Source: Gammaproteobacteria bacterium (GTDB lineage: Bacteria > Pseudomonadota > Gammaproteobacteria > GCA-001735895). From it: a stretch of DNA of 64,000 nt. Below, piece after piece: positions 10,581-21,247 of this stretch (position 1 is its first letter; each line of letters begins with the position of its first letter). The notes beneath the pieces are model-generated. The model ran no database searches. It was given only the letters and a program-made list of their open reading frames with translations, and was not told where the DNA came from. Location: NCBI GenBank assembly GCA_050298595.1, contig JBNKUM010000040.1:1-64000 (forward strand), read 5' to 3'. Position numbers and translations under genes: made by a program.

Positions 10581-11288
10581 AGGATCTTAAATCTGTCCCA
10601 AAACTTGATCGAATAACAAACAAACCATAAACCCAACTACAAAACAGGTCATATTCAAAGCGTCAAGAAACACTCCGATTAAAACGTAGATTCGGTCAGG
10701 GATTGTGCCCTGGCAAAAACTACAGCATATTTCATACACCCCTCAGCTTCATCCCAGTTGTCGATGTCAGGCTGAGCACTTTTGAAGTCCTACTATTGAT
10801 ATTAACAATGAAAGGCCCGCGTGAGCCTGCCCTCGCGCTGAAAACAATAGATTGAGGGTGGGTTACCATAAGGTCATTTTAGCCCTATTAACAAAAATGA
10901 AGCATACGAGTTCTTTCAAAATTGATTTTACAAGCAACCTTTTGAATCGATAGAGAACCTGACCATTAGAGATTGTAGTATGATACTGGCACAAATTCTG
11001 AAATTTATTCACTGACCGGGTCTGACCCATTAAATACACCAAAATGAATCACTACTCCGGGCTTACTATTAGCAAAAAAATCTGTGCTATAAGGTAGGGT
11101 TAGCGTTTGCTTTACGACTTTGTTTAATTTATACATTGCTGTATCTACGCAACTATGTAACTGCTCTATCTCCTCACCATCATCTGGATAAATTAAAGCA
11201 CCAATAATCTCTCCTGGTTTTTCCTCAATTGGGTTGTCTCGATGGATTGATTTAATTTAAGATCATAATTGTATATCGCCTCAATTAT

Positions 11289-11318
11289 TTGTCTTTCTCC
11301 TCGGCCTTGCCATATACT
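11289..11318 (+). promoter_or_regulatory. Putative sigma70 promoter of YdcH-like gene copy 1
   Basis: TTGTCT-N18-TATACT, conserved with the same spacing upstream of the paralog (45928-45957). Confidence 0.5.
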
Positions 11319-11359
11319 AATTACCACTTTCCTTTCCAATTCAACTCTCAGAGGTGAAC

Positions 11360-11602
11360 ATGCTAGGTGAACATCACGAAATCGAAACAGAATTCCCCGA
11401 GTTTCGCCTGCGATTAAAAGAACTGTCCGAAACCGATGCGGATTTCGCTGTAATTATCAAACGACATAACGAACTCGACAAGGAAATCCGCAAGCTGGAA
11501 GAACTCGGACAACCGGTTACAGACGAAACATTGGAGAAAATGAAATACGAACGCGCCGATCTGAAGGATGCGGTGTATGCACGTATTCGCTCAAGTTCAT
11601 AG
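11360..11602 (+). CDS. YdcH/DUF465 family small coiled-coil protein (copy 1)
   Basis: EHHEIETEFPE..D..F..HNELDKEI..LE..LEKMK.ER..LKD pattern; GAGG RBS. Confidence 0.85.
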   Translation: MLGEHHEIETEFPEFRLRLKELSETDADFAVIIKRHNELDKEIRKLEELGQPVTDETLEKMKYERADLKDAVYARIRSSS

Positions 11603-11634
11603 AGTTAATGTATTTTAATTTACTACTCCCGCTA

Positions 11635-14205
11635 TCACTTTAAATACTGTTTTATAAAGGCGCTTATTCCCTCAATATCAAACCCTTTCGCCAGTTTTAG
11701 TAGCTGATGGGCAAACGGAATGTAAGCCTCATTCTCTGCTTGCAGGCGAGAAGCTATCTCCTGTATTTCAAACACCAGTCCTACATCAGCTAACTGATAC
11801 AATTCATGCAGCTGTTCGCTGGGTGGTATGACCAAAACTGCCTCGCATTCGCTTTCTGCTTCAGCGTATAGCAATGTCAATCCCAGCTGCTTTTCCAGGC
11901 TGTGATAGATTTCTTCGAAGCGGTAGGGTTTGCTGACGTAGTCATCTATGCCTGATGTGCGTAAGGCTTCCTCCTGATCTTTTAAGGCAGAGGCGGTAAC
12001 GGCGACGACCTTCACCTGTTCCCCGCCCGGCAATTCGCGAATGCGACGGGTGGCCTCGACTCCGTCCATGACTGGCATGCGTCGGTCCATCCAGATCAGA
12101 TCTGGTTTCCAGTGCTGGAATATCTGTATGCACTCTTCGCCGTTCTGCGCCACCTTTACCTCCAGACCGAGGTCGGTCATCAGCCTGGCGAGCAGGATTT
12201 GATTGTCCCGCTGGTCCTCGACAATCAGGATGCGGCGGGTGGCCTGCCCCGGCGCGAGGCCTGCCACTGCTCCGTGACTTTCATCACTCAGGCGGATCAT
12301 CTCCGCCTCATCATCAGGCTCATTCAGCGGCAGCTCGACACGAAACAGAGCCCCCTTACCCGGTTTACTTTCTACAGAGACATTTCCTACCATCAGTTGC
12401 ACGAACTGATGCACGATAGCGAGTCCCAGTCCCGTCCCCCCCTGCGAAGAAGAGCCTGAAGACAGTTGTTCGAAAGGCTTGAATAGACGCTGCTGATCCT
12501 TTTTGCTAATCCCCGGACCTGTATCCTCGACCTCGATCAGTAGATGGTGATGGGCATTGTGTTTGCTACGCAGACGGATGGTCACACCGCCCTGTTCGGT
12601 GAACTTCACCGCATTGCTTACCAGATTAACCAGGATCTGCCGTAATCTCGCCTCATCCCCCCTGATTAAGTGAGGCAAATCTGACGATTGATCCAAAGCC
12701 AGTTGCAGCCCCTTCTGTTGCGCCCGCAGACTCATCATGTCACTCACCTCACGCACCAGTTTGTGCAGATCAAAGGTGGTGATCTCCAATTGCAGCTTAC
12801 CTGCCTCTATCTTGGCAATCTCCAGTACATCATTGATCAGTTTGAGCAGGTGATCACCGCTGTTATTGATGATTTCCAGGTTTTCCCGCTGGCTGGCACT
12901 TAGGGACTGATCCTGGCGAACCAGTTGGGAGAAACCGAGGATGGCGTTGAGTGGGGTACGCAATTCATGGCTCATGTTGGCCAGGAAGGCACTCTTGGCT
13001 TTGTTAGCCGAGTCCGCTGCATCGCGTGCCAGGCGCAACTCATGGGTACGTTGCTGGACAGTTTCCTCAAGGTGCTCCCTGTAGCGCAAAAGTTCCTGTT
13101 CCGCTCGTTTACGCTCGCTGAGGTCGTAAACCAGACCAACGAATCCCGTGATTTCCCCCCCTTCGTCCCGCAGCGCAGTCACGGATAAATTCACCGGCAC
13201 TCGCCTTCCATCCTTGCGAATGAAGGTCCATTCGTTTTCCTCGGTAAGATTGCGCCGCGGGCGGGCAGTAAACACGTCAAACCCCACCTGAATCGTTTCG
13301 CCCAGTTCGTCGGTCAACTGTTGGGCATAGCGCGCAACTTCTTCTGGATCGTGCCAGTAACCAGGCGTCTGCTTACCGACTATCTCCTCTGCTGAGTAAT
13401 CCAGCAAACGCTCGGCAGCAGGATTAAAGCTGGTGACGATTCCTTCGGGTGTCGCGGAAATGATGCCGTAGGCCACATTGTCCAGAATCGTGCGTTGAAA
13501 GATCGTAAGCTGGCGCAAGTCATCTTCTCGTTGCTGGATAACCTCCATCATGGCGTTGAAGTTTTTGCCTAGCTGAGCCACTTCATCTGTGCCGTTTGCG
13601 GGAACGCGATGCGTATAGCTCGCACTGGTCCGAACAAGTTCACTCGCCTGTGTCAGTTTTGCAATGGGACGCGTAAGCGTACGCCGCAAAACCAGTAATT
13701 GGGCAACCGTGACCAGAAGCAGAACGAGTACGCCCATGCCGAATATCCACAGGGCCTGCTGCGTTTGCTGACTAAGTTGTTCGAGCCCCATGCTAAGTCG
13801 CAGACGCCCTCCTCCAGGAAGCGCTTGCAGCAGCTCCGCCGTGTTAAGCTCCAGATAGAGGCCATCCGGCCTGGTAAGCAAAGGCGCTGGGGAGGCGTTT
13901 GGTACACGGCTGAAGCGAGCCAGCATCCGCCCGCCATCCAGATAAATGACTGCTTCCCGTATCTGCGGATTTGCACGCAGGGTATCAAGAATCTCCTGGG
14001 CACGGACGGGATCCTCAAATACCACCGCCGCATCCGTGCCAACGGAGACCAGTTGTGCATAAGGTTCCATGATCTGGCGGGTGCGATGCTCCAGGGTAAA
14101 GCTCTGATACAGCACTACCCCAGTGCCGACCATCACAAATGCCAGCAGGGCTGTGCCCCAAAGCACGAGTGCCAGTCTGTTATGTATGTTCAGTTGGATA
14201 GACAT
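11635..14205 (-). CDS. Hybrid histidine kinase: periplasmic YfiN-like sensor, HAMP, PAS, HisKA, HATPase, REC, helical tail
   Basis: Two TMs; [18 protein letters not shown]; [10 protein letters not shown]; DTGPGI; GGTGLGL; [10 protein letters not shown]. Confidence 0.93.
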   Translation of the reverse strand: MSIQLNIHNRLALVLWGTALLAFVMVGTGVVLYQSFTLEHRTRQIMEPYAQLVSVGTDAAVVFEDPVRAQEILDTLRANPQIREAVIYLDGGRMLARFSRVPNASPAPLLTRPDGLYLELNTAELLQALPGGGRLRLSMGLEQLSQQTQQALWIFGMGVLVLLLVTVAQLLVLRRTLTRPIAKLTQASELVRTSASYTHRVPANGTDEVAQLGKNFNAMMEVIQQREDDLRQLTIFQRTILDNVAYGIISATPEGIVTSFNPAAERLLDYSAEEIVGKQTPGYWHDPEEVARYAQQLTDELGETIQVGFDVFTARPRRNLTEENEWTFIRKDGRRVPVNLSVTALRDEGGEITGFVGLVYDLSERKRAEQELLRYREHLEETVQQRTHELRLARDAADSANKAKSAFLANMSHELRTPLNAILGFSQLVRQDQSLSASQRENLEIINNSGDHLLKLINDVLEIAKIEAGKLQLEITTFDLHKLVREVSDMMSLRAQQKGLQLALDQSSDLPHLIRGDEARLRQILVNLVSNAVKFTEQGGVTIRLRSKHNAHHHLLIEVEDTGPGISKKDQQRLFKPFEQLSSGSSSQGGTGLGLAIVHQFVQLMVGNVSVESKPGKGALFRVELPLNEPDDEAEMIRLSDESHGAVAGLAPGQATRRILIVEDQRDNQILLARLMTDLGLEVKVAQNGEECIQIFQHWKPDLIWMDRRMPVMDGVEATRRIRELPGGEQVKVVAVTASALKDQEEALRTSGIDDYVSKPYRFEEIYHSLEKQLGLTLLYAEAESECEAVLVIPPSEQLHELYQLADVGLVFEIQEIASRLQAENEAYIPFAHQLLKLAKGFDIEGISAFIKQYLK

Positions 14206-14206
14206 C

Positions 14207-14809
14207 TTATCTCACGTGGCGGAGTTTGCCGTGTTCCAGAATATCACTGGAAACTTCCAGCATTCTGGTCTGTATCTTCAGTGCGGCAGCACGGGCCTGG
14301 TCGAGATTGATGCCCATAGACACCCTATCCACGACCTTAAACCCTATTACCCCACCTTCTCGCAGGAATTCCGGCGCATCACCGACCGTCAGTACCGGCC
14401 TGTTTTTCAATTTATCAAGAACCGAATGACGCTGCGCCGCATCCCTGTATGCAATGAAGATGATCTGGCATGGTGGTAACTCATCCGGCGTATCTGCGCG
14501 GAATATTTCAAACGCACGGCCCTGTTCGCTACGGCCCTCGAAGGTTTTTTCCAGAATCTCGCCAAAGGGATCCCGACCCAGAATGCCGATGCACCAGGGC
14601 GAATCGCTACCGGAAAATGCCTCATCTGGCCAGGTCACGTAGTGAGCGAAGTTGCGCAAAAAAGCAGCCTTGACTCTGTACGGGTTATCCACCACCAACT
14701 CCGCACTCACAACATGGCCTGGCATAGACAGTATGAATAGCAGAAAAATCACACTCAGCCCTGCCCTTGAGCCTCGTAGCAAACAAGAGTATCTGAACTG
14801 CGTTTTCAT
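14207..14809 (-). CDS. YfiR family (DUF4154) periplasmic protein
   Basis: Y.VKAAFL.NFA.YV.WP, C..CQIIFI, VLTVGD, INL..A..A.LKI..RML; start placed at MKTQ. Confidence 0.88.
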   Translation of the reverse strand: MKTQFRYSCLLRGSRAGLSVIFLLFILSMPGHVVSAELVVDNPYRVKAAFLRNFAHYVTWPDEAFSGSDSPWCIGILGRDPFGEILEKTFEGRSEQGRAFEIFRADTPDELPPCQIIFIAYRDAAQRHSVLDKLKNRPVLTVGDAPEFLREGGVIGFKVVDRVSMGINLDQARAAALKIQTRMLEVSSDILEHGKLRHVR

Positions 14810-14822
14810 ACCTGACCCTGAA

Positions 14823-17198
14823 TCAAAACTTTGACGAAAAGGTAAGGAGAAACTCACGCGGACGGCTGCGAGTGCTTTGCGAGGGCCGATAGTGTGCGTT
14901 AGTAAGGTTCTTGCCCATGAGGTCCACACTCATGCGCTGGTCGCGCCTGGCCCAGGAATAGCCAAGCATCACGTTGAGCAGCGTATAGGTCTGATGTGTT
15001 GAGTCAGGGCCACCCGGCAGGATCGTCTGGTCGTAAACATAATTGGCACCGCCACCAACATAAAGACCGTAAAGTCCACCTTCCTTGAAGTCATAGCGCG
15101 TCCACAGGTTGGCCATATGTGGTGCGCTCATTTGCAGGGGGGCGTTGTGCAACAGGCTTACATTCCTGTAATTTTCCTGCCCTGCGGCATCCAGCGTGGA
15201 GGGATCCTGCGCAAGAACAGCCGCATCGTTGCCGCTGAACTCGGTGATCCTGGCGTCCATATAGCTATAGGAAAAGTAGAGCTGCCAGTTGTCGGTCAGT
15301 GTGGCCGTGGCATCCAGTTCGACGCCGCGGGAACGCTGCTCACCGCTCTGCACGTTATAAATCACCACCGAGCCAAAGGCGTCTGTGTGAGCGAGATCAT
15401 TGACGATATTCCGGTTGCGGATATCGAAGAGGGTGAGCGTACCGGATAGACGGCCACCAAATAGATCTGCTTTGACGCCGATATCGTAACCCTGCCCGTA
15501 GGTCGGCCTGGCAGCTGAGGTCGAGCCATCAGGGTTATCGAGGATTTGTGAACCGGGAACGAACGACTCTGAATAGGAGGCATATGCCGAGATAGCAGGG
15601 GTGAGTTTGTACAGCACGCCGTATTGTGGCGTGACCGCACTCGCAGTGATTCGGGGTTGGCTCAGGCTGGTTAAATTGTCGATAATCTGGCTTTCCGTCG
15701 ATGTCTGACGCCAGCCGGTAAGAACCAGCAGACGATCATCAAAAAAACCGAAGGTACTACCGCCGTATATCGATTTGTCGGTGTAGTCGACTCTGCGGTC
15801 ATATGCGTTCTCGGTAAGTGCTGAGCGTGGAAAGGTGCCTGTGCGATCCCAACTGGAGGGATCGCTCAGATCCCACAGCGGAAACGGCGATGCAGTCGGA
15901 TCGCTTCCAAGCGCCGGATCGTTAGGGGCCTGACCGGCCCAGGAATCGAATCGGCGGTCGACGTACTGGGCACCGAGCAGCAGACGCAGGCTGGTGGGGC
16001 CGAATTCGTATTTGCCGACGGCCTCAGCCTCGTAGATGTCACCCCAGTTGGTGTAGGTCTGCCCTCTGACACGTCGGCCCTGTAGAGTGGTTGTATTGTT
16101 GGCCATGCCGAAGTTGCCGGAAAAAAGCGCATCGACTTCGTATATCTGGTGGGCGTAGCCAACTCGTAGGTTCCAGTGATCGTCTGCCTTGAAGTTCAGC
16201 GAGGTATTCAGGCTCTCTGTGTCGCTATTGCGAAAGTCGGCATAGGACATGCTGTTCCAGGTATCCGGCACATCGGCCAGCTCCCCCTGGCGGTTGGGAT
16301 CGGATGCGGTCGGCAGCACGCCACTCTGGCCATCGTAGCCGGGTAGTTGCATAAGTTGCGGTGTTTCCACCTTGCTGAAATTTTCATATTTAAGCGAAAC
16401 ACTCAGGCGATCATTGGGCTGCCACAGCAGGGATGGGGCGACGACTGTCGAGTGCGCATCATAGGGATCCCAGTAGTGCATGTCCTGAGCGTAGGAGGCC
16501 GAGAGCCTGTAGAACAGCGTTTTTGAAGCCGGTCCGGTCACGTCGGCTTGCAGCCGGTATTCGTCGTAAGAACCATTGCTGACATCCGCAGTGGCGGCAT
16601 AGCGGGGCTGTGGGTCCCTGGTAATGACGTTGACGATGCCGCCGGGAGCAACCTGGCCGTACAGGAACGAGGCTGGGCCTTTGACCACTTCCACGCGAGA
16701 TATATTGGTAAAGTCAAAGATCGACGGGCCATGAAAACCGTCGCGCAGAATCTGGATATTGCCGGGTGAGCCACTGACGGCGAAGCCGCGGATGGCAAGG
16801 TTGGCATTACCCTCGTTGAAATCGTTGCTGCGATAGGTGACGCCTGGTGAGTAGCGTGCGACATCAAAGATGTTCGCCGGCTTCTGATCTTCGATGAACG
16901 ACTCGGTAAAGGCCTGGATGGCGAAAGGCAGGTCACGAATCGGCGCGTCGAAGCGGGAACCGGATATGGAGTTCGACGCGCGATAGCCTTTATCCTGACT
17001 GGTGGAAACAACGAAGGGGGAAACCCTGACTTTCACCAGTTCCCCGATATCCATATCAGCTAGTTCTTTCACAGACGCCGTCTCTGCAACGGCATAAACT
17101 TCACTAGCCATAACAGACTGCAGCAACATCAGGCCGGGCACCAACGCTATCTTGACAGCAACTCGAACAGGAAGGCCTGAAAAGATACCCCTTTTCAT
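14823..17198 (-). CDS. TonB-dependent outer-membrane receptor
   Basis: Plug motifs (IRGF, RVEVVKGPASFLYG..PGGIVN), barrel strands, terminal F; start placed at MKRGIF. Confidence 0.92.
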   Translation of the reverse strand: MKRGIFSGLPVRVAVKIALVPGLMLLQSVMASEVYAVAETASVKELADMDIGELVKVRVSPFVVSTSQDKGYRASNSISGSRFDAPIRDLPFAIQAFTESFIEDQKPANIFDVARYSPGVTYRSNDFNEGNANLAIRGFAVSGSPGNIQILRDGFHGPSIFDFTNISRVEVVKGPASFLYGQVAPGGIVNVITRDPQPRYAATADVSNGSYDEYRLQADVTGPASKTLFYRLSASYAQDMHYWDPYDAHSTVVAPSLLWQPNDRLSVSLKYENFSKVETPQLMQLPGYDGQSGVLPTASDPNRQGELADVPDTWNSMSYADFRNSDTESLNTSLNFKADDHWNLRVGYAHQIYEVDALFSGNFGMANNTTTLQGRRVRGQTYTNWGDIYEAEAVGKYEFGPTSLRLLLGAQYVDRRFDSWAGQAPNDPALGSDPTASPFPLWDLSDPSSWDRTGTFPRSALTENAYDRRVDYTDKSIYGGSTFGFFDDRLLVLTGWRQTSTESQIIDNLTSLSQPRITASAVTPQYGVLYKLTPAISAYASYSESFVPGSQILDNPDGSTSAARPTYGQGYDIGVKADLFGGRLSGTLTLFDIRNRNIVNDLAHTDAFGSVVIYNVQSGEQRSRGVELDATATLTDNWQLYFSYSYMDARITEFSGNDAAVLAQDPSTLDAAGQENYRNVSLLHNAPLQMSAPHMANLWTRYDFKEGGLYGLYVGGGANYVYDQTILPGGPDSTHQTYTLLNVMLGYSWARRDQRMSVDLMGKNLTNAHYRPSQSTRSRPREFLLTFSSKF

Positions 17199-17492
17199 CG
17201 CTATCCATCTATTAGGAAATTCGCGCAAGAGGGAACAAGAAATAAAAAGTAGCATCAACATTGATTAGTTCTCCGAAATGGACCCATCAATAGGGTCTGT
17301 TACCTCTCCTAGAATCAATGAGTTAGATTCACTAACTGTCAAATCAAATAGTATAATTTTATTACACAAAGGCATTTTTTATCGAAGTCTCACTGTGCCA
17401 GGCCAGCTAAAAGCTGCGCAGTGGGCTCATCCTTTTCAACTGGGAGATATCATCATTTCTTTTCATATCTTTTTTATTGTTTAACTTCTTTG

Positions 17493-17675
17493 TTCTTTCA
17501 ATCCATATCCTTTAGACATGACCTTTATCACTCATAGAATAGACCATAAATTAATCAATAACTCGCAAAAAAACCAGGATTTGGGAAACAAACTATCCGT
17601 CTATGGCTCTGACAAATTCAATTCATGCAATATATTTGAAGGGTCAGAATGTAGTTCAATTTATTACATGTTCTA
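17493..17675. repeat. Conserved non-coding cassette leader, copy A
   Basis: tccatatcc..ctttatca..gaatagaccataaat..aacaaactatccgtct..acaaattcaattcatg..gtcagaat..tcaatt; similar to 24420-24620 and 45216-45383. Confidence 0.8.
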
Positions 17676-20648
17676 TCACTTTAAATACTGTTTAATAAAA
17701 GCGCTTATCCCCTCAATATCAAAACCTTTGGCCAGTTTCACAAGCTGCTGAGCAAACGGGATATAAGCTTCATTCTCTGCTTGCAGACGAACGGCCATCT
17801 CCTGTATTTCAAATACCAGTCCTACTTCGGCTAACTGATACAACTCGGACAGCTGTTCGCTGGGCGGCGTGACCAGAACTGTTTCGTGTTCACTATCTGC
17901 CTCTTCGTATTCCAATATCAATCCCAACTGTTTTTCCAGGCAGTGGTAGATCTCATCAAAGCGGTAGGGTTTGCTGACGTAGTCATCCATGCCTGATGCG
18001 CGTAAGATTTCTTCCTGCTCTTTTAATGCGGAGGCGGTAACGGCAACGATCTTCACCTGATCCCCGCTCGGCAATTCACGAATGCGTTGGGTGGCTTCGA
18101 CCCCGTCTATGACAGGCATGCGTTGATCCATCCAGATCAGCTCTGGTTTCCAGTCTTTGAAGATCTGTATACACTCCTCGCCGTTCTGCGCCACCTTCAC
18201 CTCCAGGCCAAGGTCAGCCATCAGCCTGGTGAGCAGAATTTGATTATCCAGCTGATCCTCGGCGATCAGGATGCGGTGGCTGGGTTGCCCTGGCGCGAGG
18301 CCTACCACTGCGCCGTCTCTTTCGCCACTCAGGCGGATCACCTCCGCCTCATCGGCCTCTTGCAGCGGCAACTTGACGCGGAATAACGTCCCCTTGCCCG
18401 TTTGACTTTTAACGCTGATGTCTCCCCCCATCAGTTGCACGAACTGGCGCGCGATGGCGAGCCCCAGGCCCGTCCCCCCTTGTGCAGCAGAGCCTGTGGA
18501 CAGTTGTTCGAAGGGTTTGAACAGGCGCTGCTGGTCGATAGAGCTAATCCCAGGACCGGTATCCTCGACCTCGATCAGCAAATGGTGATGTGCATTGTGT
18601 TTGCTGCTCAGGCGGATGGTCACTTTGCCCTGTTCGGTGAACTTCACTGCATTGCTCACCAGATTAACCAGAATCTGCCGTAACCGCGCCTCATCGCCCT
18701 TGATGTAGCGCGGAAACTCAGACGATTGATCCAGCTCCAGTTGCAACGCCTTCTGTAGCGCCCTCAGTTTCATCATCTCGCTCACCTCGCGTACCAGTTC
18801 GTGCAGATCGAAGGTGGCGATCTCCAGATGCAGCTTGCCCGCCTCGATCTTGGCAATCTCCAGTACGTCGTTAATCAGTTTAAGCAGGTGATCACCGCTG
18901 TTGTTGATGATTTCCAGGTTTTCTCGCTGGCTGACACTCAGCGACCGGTCTTTATGCATTAGATGGGAGAAGCCGAGGATGGCATTGAGCGGTGTGCGCA
19001 GCTCATGACTCATATTGGCGAGGAAGGTACTCTTCGCCTTGTTGGCTGCTTCCGCTGCATCGCGCGCCAGCATCAGTTCCGTGGTACGTTGTTGTACCTC
19101 CTCTTCGAGATGGTCACGGTAGCGACGCAGTTCATCCTCTCTCAGCTTCTGCTCGGTGATATCCTGCACCGTACCGACGGAACGCAACGGTTTGCCATCA
19201 GCGTCAAAAAAGCTTTCGCATCGCTCGTGCACGTATTTGAGCCGGCCATCTTTCATTTGCAGTCGGTGTACGATGTTGTAGGGCTTTTTGCTGTTGAGTG
19301 ACTCGGTATAGGCGTTGTTGACCATCTCCCTGTCATCCGGGTGGATCGCGTCCAGGAAGGCTTCGTAGGAGGCGCCGAATTTTTCCTTGCCTATTTCAAA
19401 AATGTGGAATATTTCATCCGACCAGATCAGTACATTATTCAATAGATTCAGCTCCCAACTGCCCAGATGCGCGATGCGCTGAGCTTCGGCCAGACCATGC
19501 TCACTGCGCCGCAGCTTCTCTTCGTCAAGCTTGCGCTCGGTGATATCCTGGATCGCAAAGACCACAGCTTCGATCTCGCCCTGTGCATCAAAGATAGGGG
19601 CACCATTAATCGATAGCAGCACGTGGCGACCATCCGGCCAGGTGATTGCATGCTGGACATCGAATACGGCCTGACGTGCTGCCATCACACGATTGAACGG
19701 TTGCGCCTCATCTGGAAAATGTCCGCCATCTATGGCTGTGGTATGCCATTCGGGAGAGTTGTAGCTGAGCTGGGTGATCTCTTGCTTGCTCAGCCCGAGG
19801 ATGTTTTCTGCCTGCGGGTTGGCGAAGGTGATCTTCCCCTCACGGTTTACCATCGCGATACCGACCGGGCTAGTCAGCATGATACGGTTCAGCAATGTCT
19901 GCTCGTGGAGCAATGCTTTTTCGGAGATCTTACGCTCGATAATTTCCTGTTGCAGGGCGGCGGCGGTCAGCTCCGCCTGCTCTCGCGCCTCAACGGCGTC
20001 TTCCATCAGATTGAACGCAGCAAGGCGGGATGCAACTAGCGTTTCGTTGGTGGACTGTAGTTCTGCAGTGCGTTCCGCCACGCGCTGCTCCAGTCCACGC
20101 GTCTGTGCATCAAGCTGCTGCGCCTGCTGCTCTATGCGTCGCTGGGCCAGGGCATTTCTCAGCGCCAGCGCCAGCACGGGGGAAAGGTGGCTAACAATCC
20201 TGTCCATCTCATCAATCCGATCCACTGTTGGCAGGTCCATCAACAACAACATGCCCACCAGACGGCGTCCCGCATGCAACGGGACGCGCAGCAGTGATTC
20301 AATACCCAGATCCAACAGCAGTGCCCGCAACGGATGATTCTGCGGAAAATCCTCCACACGGCCGGGTAAAATTTCCGAGAAGTTTTGCGTACAAAGCAGA
20401 TCGATACCGGCAGCGGAAAATAAGGTCTTACGCCGGGCTGGGCAGACGTGCAGCAACTCATGCGTATGTAGTTCATCATCGTGAGCGATGACCATGACGG
20501 TGCGGGCGCCAGTCAGTTCACGCAGTTGCTCGGTGAGCTTCTCTCCCATCTGGCTCGCATCGGTGGCAGCGAGCACCTGAGAGAAAACCTCTACTGCCAT
20601 AATTTGATCGGCAGCGTGGGTCGGGCTGCTGCGACCTGTATCACTCAT
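17676..20648 (-). CDS. Cytoplasmic hybrid histidine kinase GAF-PAS-PAS-HisKA-HATPase-REC
   Basis: No TM; GAF-like N-terminus, two PAS/PAC (IHPDDR, DITERK), [21 protein letters not shown]; same C-tail as the 11635 kinase. Confidence 0.93.
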   Translation of the reverse strand: MSDTGRSSPTHAADQIMAVEVFSQVLAATDASQMGEKLTEQLRELTGARTVMVIAHDDELHTHELLHVCPARRKTLFSAAGIDLLCTQNFSEILPGRVEDFPQNHPLRALLLDLGIESLLRVPLHAGRRLVGMLLLMDLPTVDRIDEMDRIVSHLSPVLALALRNALAQRRIEQQAQQLDAQTRGLEQRVAERTAELQSTNETLVASRLAAFNLMEDAVEAREQAELTAAALQQEIIERKISEKALLHEQTLLNRIMLTSPVGIAMVNREGKITFANPQAENILGLSKQEITQLSYNSPEWHTTAIDGGHFPDEAQPFNRVMAARQAVFDVQHAITWPDGRHVLLSINGAPIFDAQGEIEAVVFAIQDITERKLDEEKLRRSEHGLAEAQRIAHLGSWELNLLNNVLIWSDEIFHIFEIGKEKFGASYEAFLDAIHPDDREMVNNAYTESLNSKKPYNIVHRLQMKDGRLKYVHERCESFFDADGKPLRSVGTVQDITEQKLREDELRRYRDHLEEEVQQRTTELMLARDAAEAANKAKSTFLANMSHELRTPLNAILGFSHLMHKDRSLSVSQRENLEIINNSGDHLLKLINDVLEIAKIEAGKLHLEIATFDLHELVREVSEMMKLRALQKALQLELDQSSEFPRYIKGDEARLRQILVNLVSNAVKFTEQGKVTIRLSSKHNAHHHLLIEVEDTGPGISSIDQQRLFKPFEQLSTGSAAQGGTGLGLAIARQFVQLMGGDISVKSQTGKGTLFRVKLPLQEADEAEVIRLSGERDGAVVGLAPGQPSHRILIAEDQLDNQILLTRLMADLGLEVKVAQNGEECIQIFKDWKPELIWMDQRMPVIDGVEATQRIRELPSGDQVKIVAVTASALKEQEEILRASGMDDYVSKPYRFDEIYHCLEKQLGLILEYEEADSEHETVLVTPPSEQLSELYQLAEVGLVFEIQEMAVRLQAENEAYIPFAQQLVKLAKGFDIEGISAFIKQYLK

Positions 20649-21247
20649 GACGATTCTTCCCCTGGCGAACAGACTGAGGCTTCGGCTTCTAGCAGCAGCT
20701 CCAGCAAATGATCCAGCGTGACCGGCTCAACACGCCACGGTAATCCACTATAGTCCGCGCATCCGTCAAGCTCCGCACATGGTACCGGGGCCAGTCCAGT
20801 GTCCAGATAGACCAGTTCCTTGCGATTTTCCCGCATCAGGTCCCGCGCCACTGACGAGGAGAGACCCAGCTCCCTCTGCATGATCTCTTTCCAGCGTAGC
20901 GCCCATTCCGGCAGCAGGATGAATGCTTGCGCCTGCATCAATTCGTGATAACGGGCGCGCCCCACCAGCATTTGCGCGCAGTTGACGGCATGCACCCGCC
21001 CGACCTGAAAGTCGCGTACCAGATCAAGCATGCGGCAGCTGCAATCTCCATACACCACGACCACGCGTTCGCCCCTGGCAACAGACTGCTCCAGCGTAGC
21101 GCTCAGGGTCGTCTCCAGCGTCTGCGGATGCATGTGCAGCATGGAGTCAAGAAACTGCAAGTTACCATCTAGCCTTCCGCTGCGGTGGAGTTCCTCCAGC
21201 TCGCCGCGCAACACGCCGCAACTGATCCAGGTAGTGGAGGGATTCAT
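20645..21247 (-). CDS. DUF1638 family protein
   Basis: ISCGVL..E, LH.HP..L, VVYGDC, VNCAQML, YLDTG; ATGA-coupled on both sides. Confidence 0.8.
   Translation of the reverse strand: MNPSTTWISCGVLRGELEELHRSGRLDGNLQFLDSMLHMHPQTLETTLSATLEQSVARGERVVVVYGDCSCRMLDLVRDFQVGRVHAVNCAQMLVGRARYHELMQAQAFILLPEWALRWKEIMQRELGLSSSVARDLMRENRKELVYLDTGLAPVPCAELDGCADYSGLPWRVEPVTLDHLLELLLEAEASVCSPGEESS

Noticed and set aside
17278-17751. Short plus-strand ORFs in the cassette leader region
   Set aside because: No matching ORF is listed at the other leader copies; the similarity is non-coding.
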